Assembly (NCBI GenBank): GCA_041192465.1 | Contig: JBEEMX010000001.1 | Location: 1-39,459 of the forward strand | From: Pseudomonadota bacterium | GTDB taxonomy: Bacteria > Pseudomonadota > Gammaproteobacteria > Burkholderiales > Burkholderiaceae_C | Length of the DNA stretch: 39,459 nucleotides | Direction: 5' to 3' | Part shown: one piece after another, positions 10,301 to 17,994 of the stretch | Layout: every line of letters starts with the position of its first letter | How positions within the stretch are numbered: position 1 is the first letter of the stretch | Notes under the pieces: generated by a model | Database searches by the model: none | What the model was told of the DNA's origin: nothing | Seen by the model: the letters and a program-made list of their open reading frames with translations, nothing else | Made by a program: the position numbers and the translations under genes

Positions 10301-11164
10301 TTCGATCCAGGCATCGAGCGAACTGGCGCGCAGCAAGTTGCCGTTGAAGGGGTTCGCACCGCCCTGCCCTTGCTGCTGCGCGTTGATCCAGCCAGCGATG
10401 CGCCGCGCCTTGTCCGCCCAGCCGGTCTTGAGCTGCGTCACCGCCATGTGGCGCTCGTCCACCCAGGCGGGCAGCCAGTCCGCCAGCGTGGCGCGGGGCT
10501 GGGTGTCGGCGCCCAGCAATTCGGTCTGGTGGAGCAGCGGCTGCACCTGCTGCTGCATCACCGCCACCGACGGCCACACCCCGAGCAATGCCGCCAGCGG
10601 CGCAGTCTCCAGCGGGTAGACCTCGCGCCGCCAGACATCGTGCATCGCCTGCGCCAGCAACTCGGCTTCGTCGGCGACCAGTTCCTCGTTGAAGAGGTTG
10701 CCGCTGTCGAAGGCGTGTTCGCGCAGCATGCGCTGGCACCAGGCGTCGATGGTGTGGACCGCCGCTTCGTCCATCGCTTCGGCGGCCAGCGCCAGTCGGT
10801 AGGCGGCCTGCGAGCGGATGTCGTCTTCCGGGTCGTCCCCGTGGTCGGCGATCAGATCGTGCAGAAAAGTGTCGTGCGGCGCGGGCTGGGCGGCACCGCG
10901 GAAACACTGCGCCGCCTCGATCAGCCGGGCGCGGATGCGGTCGGACAGCTCGCGGGTGGCGGCGCGGGTGAAGGTCATCACCAGGATCTGCGACGGGCCA
11001 AGCGGGCGGGCCTCTCGTCCAGCAGCACGCCCGTGGTCGCCGTGGCCCAGCACCAACCGCAGGTAGAGCGCGGCAATGGTCCAGGTCTTGCCGGTGCCGG
11101 CGCTGGCCTCGATCAGGCGGCTGCCGGACAGGGGCAGGGTCAGGGGGTCCAGCAGGTCAGTCAT
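7325..11164 (-). CDS. recB: Exodeoxyribonuclease V beta subunit
   Basis: LIEASAGTGKTWTI, TFTRAATREL, IDEFQDT, IGDPKQSIYGFRGAD, VTVHKSKGLEY, LLYVALTRARH; nuclease motifs GFADLVF...LDYKSN...YDLQ. Start at ATG 11164 overlaps the recC end. Confidence 0.97.
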   Translation of the reverse strand: MTDLLDPLTLPLSGSRLIEASAGTGKTWTIAALYLRLVLGHGDHGRAAGREARPLGPSQILVMTFTRAATRELSDRIRARLIEAAQCFRGAAQPAPHDTFLHDLIADHGDDPEDDIRSQAAYRLALAAEAMDEAAVHTIDAWCQRMLREHAFDSGNLFNEELVADEAELLAQAMHDVWRREVYPLETAPLAALLGVWPSVAVMQQQVQPLLHQTELLGADTQPRATLADWLPAWVDERHMAVTQLKTGWADKARRIAGWINAQQQGQGGANPFNGNLLRASSLDAWIEQIVAWADDPDADLLVLSPDTGRTRLTPDGIVKAYKKGHRPPPLLPEFAEFEALQQALDMLEPLAPRLLRHLTHRVARRLDQLKRRSARFGFADLQARLDQALSPEAGEAGERLRQSILAQYPVALIDEFQDTSPLQYRLFDRLYRVADHDPATALLLIGDPKQSIYGFRGADIYSYLQVRQATEGRHHVLGTNFRSTRALIGAVNTVFAQAERRWSGGAFAFAKGGPLALPFEPVEARGRSEVLVRGEALLPALTARALDAAMPQRALTDALAQHAAEQLVDWLNDATVGFRAPDGAWQRLAPGHVAVLVRSRREADAVRLALRRRGVSSVYLSDQDSVFASAEAADLLRWLQAVADPLNAPLARAAYATATVGLDLEALARLVTDELAWDVRLAQLQRLRGVWQRQGVLTLVRQTLHALDLPARWLGAADAPPDGERRLTNLLHLGELLQAAAAQLDGEQAQIRWLAEQIHGFGGAGDERVVRLESDAELVQVVTVHKSKGLEYPVVFMPFASSCREVDRRGRRFIPWVDHDGTRALDFTLSDDAMASADRERLREDLRLLYVALTRARHALWLGVGFLKNKGSKSGGNKLDRSALGYLLGGGLGELSPALALERLNDWAVPHGGVALPGSVSVETLPARPGYTRLRRAATPVALAEAPRYQAAFDRRWTVGSFSALVRDLRSGREAEGDRLVPASSWAVDPARNEQLREEWLADLDTTGLAVEVPAPVPVLADAAWHRFPKGALAGNFLHELLQWLAEEGFDRWDTPAVQAFIRRRCERHGHTDRADEVVAWMGAVLTTPLPVLGGAALSAIGAVLPEMEFWMPSVALRSAALDRVCRERLLPGQARPALVPRVLQGLLMGFADLVFEHGGRWWVLDYKSNHLGDGDADYHAAALDTAMLAHRYDLQAALYLLALHRLLRQRLGDGYDPALHLGGAVYLFLRGVRGPQAGCVVVPAPLALLDALDACLNDPSSEPESQPEPDLDPMVSA

Positions 11165-14100
11165 CGCGGGCGTCCTCGTCGTCCTCGTCGGCGCCGGGAT
11201 GGGCATCGGGCAGGGGCAGCACGGCCACATGGGCGGGGTCGGCGGCCCATTGGCGCAGGGGTTCGTACAGCCGTTCGGCCCACTCCGCGAAGGCCGGGTC
11301 GGCGCTCAGCGTGTCCCAGTCCGGGAACAGGCGAGCGAGCGCGGCGTCCTGCACTTCGCCGCGGCTGGTGTGGCTGCCTTCGTAGCAGGTGCGGGCGGCG
11401 TCGTCGGCCTTGTCGGGCTGGTCGGGGAACTTCTCGCGGGCGGCGAGCCAGACGAGCGCGGTGCGGCAGGCCACCGCCAGCGGGCGCACCATGCCTTGCT
11501 CCCAGACATCGAGCAGGTCGTCCAGCACGGCCTGCGCCACGGCGGCGTGCGGCGGCGCGAGCACCAGCAGGGCATCCCGCGCCACGATGCGCGCCTCCAG
11601 GTCGATGCCACAGGCACCCGCCACCAGCATCCGCAGCCACGGCCGCACCAGCTTGTGCGCCACCGGCCGCAGCACCTGGGCTTTCTTGTCGAACACGCAC
11701 AGCCGGCGCGCGTCCAGCGTCAGCCAGATGGGCTGGTCGGTGCCGGGTACTTGGCGCAGCTCGTCGAGCCAATCGTCCAGCCCGATGCCGTCGAGATCGA
11801 CCGTGATCTGCCGCGGCTTGGCCGGCTCGGCGAGTTCGTGGCACCAAACGTTCCACTGCAAGGCCATCGGCGCACTCTGCTGCACGAACTGCCCGCGCCA
11901 ACGCTGCCCCAGCCCGCCCACCGGCAGATCGCCGCGGCGCACCAGCCGCTCGGTGCGGACCTGCAGCGCCGCGTGGCAGGCGGCGAGTGCGGTGGGTGCC
12001 TCGGCGTCGGGCGACTCCAGCAGCTCGCGCAGCAGCAAGGTTTCGTCCAGCGCGTTCAGGTCGAAGGGTTCGTCGTCCGCCACGGCCAGATCCAGCGGCT
12101 GGAACACGACGCCGAGGCGCTCGCGGAAGTGGTCCTTGACGGGGTTGAGCAAGAAGTGGTCGAGGCGGCGCAGGGTCAGCGGGAGCATGGCGGTGCGCTC
12201 GGAAGCGGAAAGCTTGCCTTGCGCGCTGCCGGTGTTCTCCCCAACGGCCACAGTGACCACAGCAGCCACGGGATCGCTCGTCTCATGTGCCTCGCGCCAC
12301 TCGCGGGCATAGGTGAACAGTGCGGAGCCGCCCTCGAAATACCGCCGGCTGAAGGGCTGCAGCGGATGCTCGGTCGTCAGCCGTTCCACGACCGCCTTGC
12401 CCCAGCCGGCCGCGAGGTGGTCACGCAACTGCGACACCAGCACCGACGGCGGCTGCGCGGTGTTGTCGCGCACGCTGCGGCCTGCCCAACTGATGGACAG
12501 CACCCGGCGCGCCGCCAGCAGCGCCTCCAGCATCAGCATCCGGTCGTCGTCGCGGCGGGCGCGGTCGCCGGGGCGGTGCTGGCCGGGCAGCGCCATGAGG
12601 TCGAAGTCGCTGCGCGGCGCGCGGCGCGGGTAGTCGCCGTCGTTCATGCCCAGCAGGCAGACCACCTCGAACGGAATGGCCCGCATCGGCATCAGCGTGC
12701 AGAACACCACCCCGCCGCCGAGGAAGCGGCTGTTCAGGCTCGGTTCGTCCACACCCGAGAGCCAGCCCTCGCGCAGCACGGGCAGCGTCACCGGCGCGTC
12801 GAAACCGGCGTCCTCGCAGTCGTCGAGCCAGCGGCCGAGCGCGTCATCCAGCGCGGCGAGCATGAGGCGGTCATCCTCGTCGGCCGGGTCGAGGAAGGTC
12901 GCCAGCAGGGCCTGGCCGCGGGCGTGCCACTGCGCGGGCGGCACCGGCTCGATCGCCTGCAGCCACCAGCCGCGCAGCGCGTCGATCAATCCGGCCAGCG
13001 CGCCGGCGATCGCCGCATCCAGCCCGCCAATCTCGTCGTAGGGTTCGATCGCGCGCCACGGTGCATCGGCGCCCGCAGTGTCCGAGCGCCCGCAGGCATA
13101 GCCCAGCAGCATCCGCCGCAGCCCGAACAGCCCCGTGTTCTGCTCGCCGCACGCGCCCAGCCCGAGGCCGCCACGCTGTGCCGCGTCCAGTCCCCAGCGC
13201 ACACCCGCGCCGGCCAGCCAGCGGGCGGCGGTCGCGCGGTCCTCGTCGTGCAGCCCGAAGCGCCGCGCCAGCGCCGGCACGTCGAGCAGGTCGCGCAGCT
13301 CGCTGGCCGTGCAGCGTTGTTCGGTCACGCGCAGCAGCCACTCCACTGCCATCAGCAGCGGCTGGCGCCCGCGCTGGCGCAGGTCGGCGATCTCGTAGGG
13401 GATGTGGCGCGGGTCGTGCTGGGGGTGCTGGCCGAAGACGGCGTGGAGGATGGGCGCATACGGCTCGATGTCCGGCACCATGACCACGATGTCGCGCGGC
13501 GCCAGCGGGGTGTTGCCGGGGTGGGCCAGCAGGTGCAGCAACTGGTCGTGCAGCACCTCGACCTCGCGCATCGCGCTGTGGGCGACGTGGAAGACGATGG
13601 AGCGGTCGGTGTCGGGCAGCGGCGCGGTGTCCTGGCCGGGGCGCACGCGCGCGACCAGCTCGTCCATCGGCAGCCCATCGCGGATGGCGCCCTGCACCTG
13701 GGCCAGCAGCGTGTCGCCGTCGCCGTCGTCGAACAGGTCGATGCGCGGGATCTGGAACCGCTGGCGGGAGGTTTCCGCGTCATCGAAGGCGTCCAGCAGG
13801 CGGATGAAGTCGCGGCCCTGGCGACCCCAGGCGGCGAGCAGCGGGTGCGCCTGTCCATGGGCCTGGTCGAGCGGCAGCGCGCCCAGGTCGCGGCCCTGGC
13901 GGTGCCCGTGGCGCTGGCGGGGCGCACGCAGCAATTCACGGCCATCGATGATGTCGGCCCAGTGGAACTGGCAGGGGTTCGGCACCGCCAGCAACACCTG
14001 CGCCCGCTGCGCCAATGCGGCCAGCGCCTGCAAGGTCTGCCACGGCAAATGGCTGTGCCCGAACAGCACGACGCGGCGCGGCAGCGGCTGGCGTGGCGCC

Positions 14101-14807
14101 TCGCCTGCTTCCACCGCCGCGACAAAGCGCCGGTGGACATCGCTGCGCACCGCCCGCTGGCCGGAGGCGTCCAGGCCCTCGACCAGCCGGCGCCACAGCC
14201 GCGCCTGCCAGCGTTGGTCGTCGGGCAGCGGCTCGGTGACGCCGTTGGCGCGGATGAGCACCTCGCGGCCACGGGCCCAGGCGTCGAGCCAGTCGGCGCG
14301 GTAGAGCTGGTACTGGTCGAACAGGTCGGCCAGCCGCTCGGCGAGCTGCAGGCGGCGGCCGAGGTCGTGCGTGCCATCGGCCGCGGGCGAGGTACCCAGG
14401 AACTGCGCCAGCGGCTCGAAACCGGGTGTGTCGATCCACGCGGGCAGCGCCTGCATGAGCCGCCAGGTCAGCGGCGCCTTGTCGAGCGGCGAGCGGGCCG
14501 GGGCACCGTCGCGGCCCAGCATGGCGCGGTACAGGCGCCAGAGGAAACGTGCCGGCAGCTCCACGCGGGTCGCTGCGCAGATGCCGCTGCGCAGCGCCAG
14601 CGACATCTTCATCCACTCGGCGATGCCGTTGCTCTGCACGAGCAGCACGTCCTGCTCCAGCGGGTCGAGCGGGTGGCGCTCCAGCCAGGCGAAGACCGCC
14701 TCCTGCAGCAGCTCCAGCCGGTTGCCGTGCAGCACCAGCAGGCCGGGCGTGATCGGGGAACGGGGCGCAGCGGTCAACACCGGACAGCTTTTTTCAATCT
14801 CGGGCAT
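11157..14807 (-). CDS. recC: Exodeoxyribonuclease V gamma subunit
   Basis: HGNRLELL, VLLVQSNGIAEW, LADLFDQYQLYRADW, NPCQFHWADI, HPLLAAWGRQGRDF, HSAMREVEVLHDQL, CTLMPMRAIPF, HPLQPFS. Start uncertain (ATG 14807 or TTG 14777). Confidence 0.96.
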   Translation of the reverse strand: MPEIEKSCPVLTAAPRSPITPGLLVLHGNRLELLQEAVFAWLERHPLDPLEQDVLLVQSNGIAEWMKMSLALRSGICAATRVELPARFLWRLYRAMLGRDGAPARSPLDKAPLTWRLMQALPAWIDTPGFEPLAQFLGTSPAADGTHDLGRRLQLAERLADLFDQYQLYRADWLDAWARGREVLIRANGVTEPLPDDQRWQARLWRRLVEGLDASGQRAVRSDVHRRFVAAVEAGEAPRQPLPRRVVLFGHSHLPWQTLQALAALAQRAQVLLAVPNPCQFHWADIIDGRELLRAPRQRHGHRQGRDLGALPLDQAHGQAHPLLAAWGRQGRDFIRLLDAFDDAETSRQRFQIPRIDLFDDGDGDTLLAQVQGAIRDGLPMDELVARVRPGQDTAPLPDTDRSIVFHVAHSAMREVEVLHDQLLHLLAHPGNTPLAPRDIVVMVPDIEPYAPILHAVFGQHPQHDPRHIPYEIADLRQRGRQPLLMAVEWLLRVTEQRCTASELRDLLDVPALARRFGLHDEDRATAARWLAGAGVRWGLDAAQRGGLGLGACGEQNTGLFGLRRMLLGYACGRSDTAGADAPWRAIEPYDEIGGLDAAIAGALAGLIDALRGWWLQAIEPVPPAQWHARGQALLATFLDPADEDDRLMLAALDDALGRWLDDCEDAGFDAPVTLPVLREGWLSGVDEPSLNSRFLGGGVVFCTLMPMRAIPFEVVCLLGMNDGDYPRRAPRSDFDLMALPGQHRPGDRARRDDDRMLMLEALLAARRVLSISWAGRSVRDNTAQPPSVLVSQLRDHLAAGWGKAVVERLTTEHPLQPFSRRYFEGGSALFTYAREWREAHETSDPVAAVVTVAVGENTGSAQGKLSASERTAMLPLTLRRLDHFLLNPVKDHFRERLGVVFQPLDLAVADDEPFDLNALDETLLLRELLESPDAEAPTALAACHAALQVRTERLVRRGDLPVGGLGQRWRGQFVQQSAPMALQWNVWCHELAEPAKPRQITVDLDGIGLDDWLDELRQVPGTDQPIWLTLDARRLCVFDKKAQVLRPVAHKLVRPWLRMLVAGACGIDLEARIVARDALLVLAPPHAAVAQAVLDDLLDVWEQGMVRPLAVACRTALVWLAAREKFPDQPDKADDAARTCYEGSHTSRGEVQDAALARLFPDWDTLSADPAFAEWAERLYEPLRQWAADPAHVAVLPLPDAHPGADEDDEDARDD

Positions 14808-14846
14808 GGGCGCCAGTATCGCCCACACCCCGCGGCGGCGACAGGC

Positions 14847-15572
14847 TCAGGCGCGGTGCAGTGCGCTGTCGAGTTCGGCCTCGATGGCGCGCATCGAGAC
14901 CTCCTTGGCCCGCAGGTCCAGTCGATCCACACTGCGCACGCTGGGCAACGGGATGCGGCACAGCGCCTCGTGGTCGTGGTCCCAGCAGTCGAGAAACCAC
15001 ACACTGTCCTCATGAACCAGGCGCATCGGCGAGACAACCCGGTCACGTTCCCGCCCCCCGTCATCGCCATCGACCGTGAGACGCAGGCGCCGACGCTCCA
15101 GCACCGCACTGGCCAGCCGCTCGAAATGCCGCCCCCGGATCGGCCGATGCACCGGCGCCACCACACGCACGCGCCGGGTCAGCTCGCGCGCCTCGCTCTC
15201 GCTGGTGCCCAGCATGCCGGTGAGCTTGTCGAGCAGGGGTTGCAGGTGGCGGCCCATGCTGCCACTGACGCCCAGGCCGTCGAGCAACTGGTGCATGGTC
15301 AGCAGCGCGTGGATCTCGCGTTCGTTGAACCAGACGCCCGGTGACTCGGCGGTGAAACTGCGCCGGCCGTTGCGGTCCACCGTTTCGAAGCGGTAGCCGT
15401 TGCGGTCGCGGTCGTAGACGATGGCGGCATCCATGCGGGTGCGCAGATGGTCCAGATCGCGCTTGAGCGTGGCACGCGAGACGGCCAGCTCGGTCATCAG
15501 ATCGGCGAAGCTCACGCAGCCGCGGCTGCGCAGGAGCATCTCGATCTTGCAGAAACGTTCCGTGCGTTCCAT
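14847..15572 (-). CDS. wHTH-WYL domain transcriptional regulator (YafY/PafB-like), short form without C-terminal WCX domain
   Basis: N-terminal HTH LMTELAVSRATLKRDLDHLR...IVYDRDRNGY; linker PGVWFNEREIHALL; WYL core RVVSPMRLVHEDSVWFLDCW. 241 aa from ATG 15572. Confidence 0.88.
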   Translation of the reverse strand: MERTERFCKIEMLLRSRGCVSFADLMTELAVSRATLKRDLDHLRTRMDAAIVYDRDRNGYRFETVDRNGRRSFTAESPGVWFNEREIHALLTMHQLLDGLGVSGSMGRHLQPLLDKLTGMLGTSESEARELTRRVRVVAPVHRPIRGRHFERLASAVLERRRLRLTVDGDDGGRERDRVVSPMRLVHEDSVWFLDCWDHDHEALCRIPLPSVRSVDRLDLRAKEVSMRAIEAELDSALHRA

Positions 15573-15646
15573 GGTGTGTATTTCCCTAGTGGGCGAGGTG
15601 CGACACCTGCCGAAAAACGCCAGATTCATGCGCCACACTCAAGGCT

Positions 15647-15663
15647 GGCTCATGAATCGAGCC
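15647..15663. promoter_or_regulatory. Palindromic candidate operator upstream of the WYL gene
   Basis: GGCTC-ATGAATC-GAGCC, about 75 bp upstream of the WYL ATG and next to a minus-strand TACCAT -10-like hexamer (15666-15671). Confidence 0.45.
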
Positions 15664-15881
15664 TCATGGTAGCGGTGGGCATCCATGTCACCCGCGTCAC
15701 CGACCCCGTGTTCAGGGGACAACTCCACATGCCCATGCCATCCCTGCGCACTACGCACTCCCAGCGAGCAGGGGGTTTGACGCGCCACCCTCGCGACTGT
15801 CCGCCGGGACGATTCAGAACCCGGCAACACGGCCGACAATCGGGAGACCTACACTTGCGCGACGTTCACGAGCGACCCACC

Positions 15882-17930
15882 ATGCCACGCCAGATCCGTC
15901 CACTCTCGTCGATCCGTCGGCTGCACCCGGCCCTGATGGCGCTGGCTCTCCTTTGTGGCACCGGTGCGCTCTCCGCAACGAGCACCGAGCGCACACAGCC
16001 CGTGCAGTCCGGTCTACCGAATACGCCCGCCGATGTGAACGGGGTCATCGTCAAGTTCAGGACCACGCGGTCGGTGAGCGCCTTGTCGGTCCACACAGCC
16101 ACAGCCACCACGGCCACAGCCCCGGACACCCGCCCGCAACGCGCCCAGGCGCTGGGCCAGCGCACCGGCCTGCGCCTGAGCGACGGGGCCGCCATCTCGT
16201 CCGACACCCAGGTCATCCACGGCCCGGGCCAGAGCACGGCCGCGCTGATGAAGGCCCTGGCCGCAGACCCGCAGGTCGAGTACGTCGTCGAGAACCGCCG
16301 CCGCCGTGCCCATGCCACCGTGAACGACCCGCTGTTCGTGGGTGGACCCGGCATGAGTCCGGTGGCTGGTCAGTGGTACATGAGCGCGCCGAACGCCACG
16401 CTGGTCTCCGCCATCAACGCCGAAGCCGCCTGGGCGGTCACGACGGGGCGGGCGGACGTGGTCGTTGCGGTGCTGGACAGCGGCGTGCGCTTCCACCATC
16501 CCGATCTCGACGGCAAGCTGCTGCCCGGCTACGACTTCATCAGCGAGGCCGTCACCGGCAACGATGGCGACGGCCGCGACGCCATCCCGAGCGATCCCGG
16601 TGACTGGATCACCGAGGACGAAAACACCAACTCCCAGACCTTCCGCGGCTGCGGCGCCAGCGACAGCGGCTGGCACGGCACGCAGGTCTCCGCGCTGATC
16701 GGCGCGGCCACCAACAACGGCGTCGGCATGGCCGGTCTGGGACGGCATGTGCGCATCCTGCCGGTGCGGGTTCTGGGCAAGTGCGGGGGCTATGACGCCG
16801 ACATCGTGGCGGGCATGCGCTGGGCCGGTGGGCTGCACGTCGAGGGTGTGCCCGACAACCCTACCCCGGCGCGGATTCTCAACCTGAGCCTGGGCTCCGT
16901 GGAAGACTGCGCCTCCGAGAAGGGGCGCGCCTACCGCGAGGCGATCGCGGAATTGCACCAGGCTGGCGTCACCATCGTCGCCTCCGCCGGCAACGACAAC
17001 AGCGGGGTCCACATGCCCGGCAACTGTGCCGGTGTCATCGCCGTCGCTGGCTTGCGGCACGCGGGTGACAAGGGCGGTGCGTCCAGTCTGGGCAGGCAGG
17101 TCACGCTCGCAGCGCCCGAAGGCAACTGCGTCAACACCGTCGGGGAATGCCTCTACCCGATCCTGAGCGCCAGCAACACGGGCAGGACCGGGCCCCAATG
17201 TTCCGCCTACACCATGGGCGGTTCCAATGCTGCACGGGGCACCAGCTTTTCCGCACCCATGGTCGCCGGCACCATTGCACTGATGCTGTCGGCCCAGCCC
17301 ACGCTCACGCCAGACCGGATCGCGGCACTGCTGAAGTCCACGGCACGGCCGTTCCCGACCCCACCCAACGGCGATCCCACGCCGATGTGCGACGTCAACA
17401 CCTGGGGCGAACAGATCAACTGCCACTGCACCACCAGCACCTGTGGCGCGGGGATGCTCGACACCGGAGCCGCCGTGCGGGCTGCAGCCACCGCCGGGCC
17501 GGCCGTCGTGGCGCGGCTGGTTGATGCCCAGTCGCGCGTGTCGCTGAACACCAGCCTGGCCCTGAACGCCAGCGGTTCCAGCACCGCAGCCGGCCGCACG
17601 GTCACCGGCTACCAGTGGAGCATCCTCGACGGCGGCGCCCTGGCAGGCTTCACGGGCAGCACCACCGCCAGCGCGGCCACCCTGACCGCCATCGGCAGCG
17701 GGCTGGTCACGGTCGAACTGGCGGTCACGGACAACACGGGGGCGGTCGGCCGCAGCTCGGCGGTCTTGCGCACGGGCAGCGCGCCCACGGCCGTGTGCGG
17801 CCCGGACGAGACGGATGCGGTTCCGTCGGAGGGCGGTGGCGCAATGGGCTTCGGCTGGCTGGCCGGGCTGGCCGCCGTCGTGGCGCTGCTGGCCTGGGGC
17901 CGCCGCCGCGCGGGTTCAGCCGTTCACTGA
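15882..17930 (+). CDS. Secreted S8 subtilisin-family serine protease with PKD/Ig-like domain and GlyGly-CTERM-like C-terminal anchor
   Basis: Signal peptide; triad VAVLDSG / WHGTQV / GTSFSAPMVAG; oxyanion SAGND; LNASGSS...TGYQW PKD-like segment; tail EGGGAMGFGWLAGLAAVVALLAWGRRR. Confidence 0.9.
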   Translation: MPRQIRPLSSIRRLHPALMALALLCGTGALSATSTERTQPVQSGLPNTPADVNGVIVKFRTTRSVSALSVHTATATTATAPDTRPQRAQALGQRTGLRLSDGAAISSDTQVIHGPGQSTAALMKALAADPQVEYVVENRRRRAHATVNDPLFVGGPGMSPVAGQWYMSAPNATLVSAINAEAAWAVTTGRADVVVAVLDSGVRFHHPDLDGKLLPGYDFISEAVTGNDGDGRDAIPSDPGDWITEDENTNSQTFRGCGASDSGWHGTQVSALIGAATNNGVGMAGLGRHVRILPVRVLGKCGGYDADIVAGMRWAGGLHVEGVPDNPTPARILNLSLGSVEDCASEKGRAYREAIAELHQAGVTIVASAGNDNSGVHMPGNCAGVIAVAGLRHAGDKGGASSLGRQVTLAAPEGNCVNTVGECLYPILSASNTGRTGPQCSAYTMGGSNAARGTSFSAPMVAGTIALMLSAQPTLTPDRIAALLKSTARPFPTPPNGDPTPMCDVNTWGEQINCHCTTSTCGAGMLDTGAAVRAAATAGPAVVARLVDAQSRVSLNTSLALNASGSSTAAGRTVTGYQWSILDGGALAGFTGSTTASAATLTAIGSGLVTVELAVTDNTGAVGRSSAVLRTGSAPTAVCGPDETDAVPSEGGGAMGFGWLAGLAAVVALLAWGRRRAGSAVH

Positions 17931-17994
17931 ACGCAGAGCCGGCGCGCCCGAATCTGCTGGCACTCGCGCGCTGCCGCATTGCACCCGATGGCGG

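Noticed and set aside
11076-15344. 1422-aa plus-strand ORF and other long ORFs opposite recBCD
   Set aside because: Antisense shadows of recC, recB, recD and the WYL gene; no domain motifs.
15447-15881. Extended N-terminus of the subtilase ORF
   Set aside because: Overlaps the WYL gene and its upstream region; the signal peptide begins at ATG 15882.
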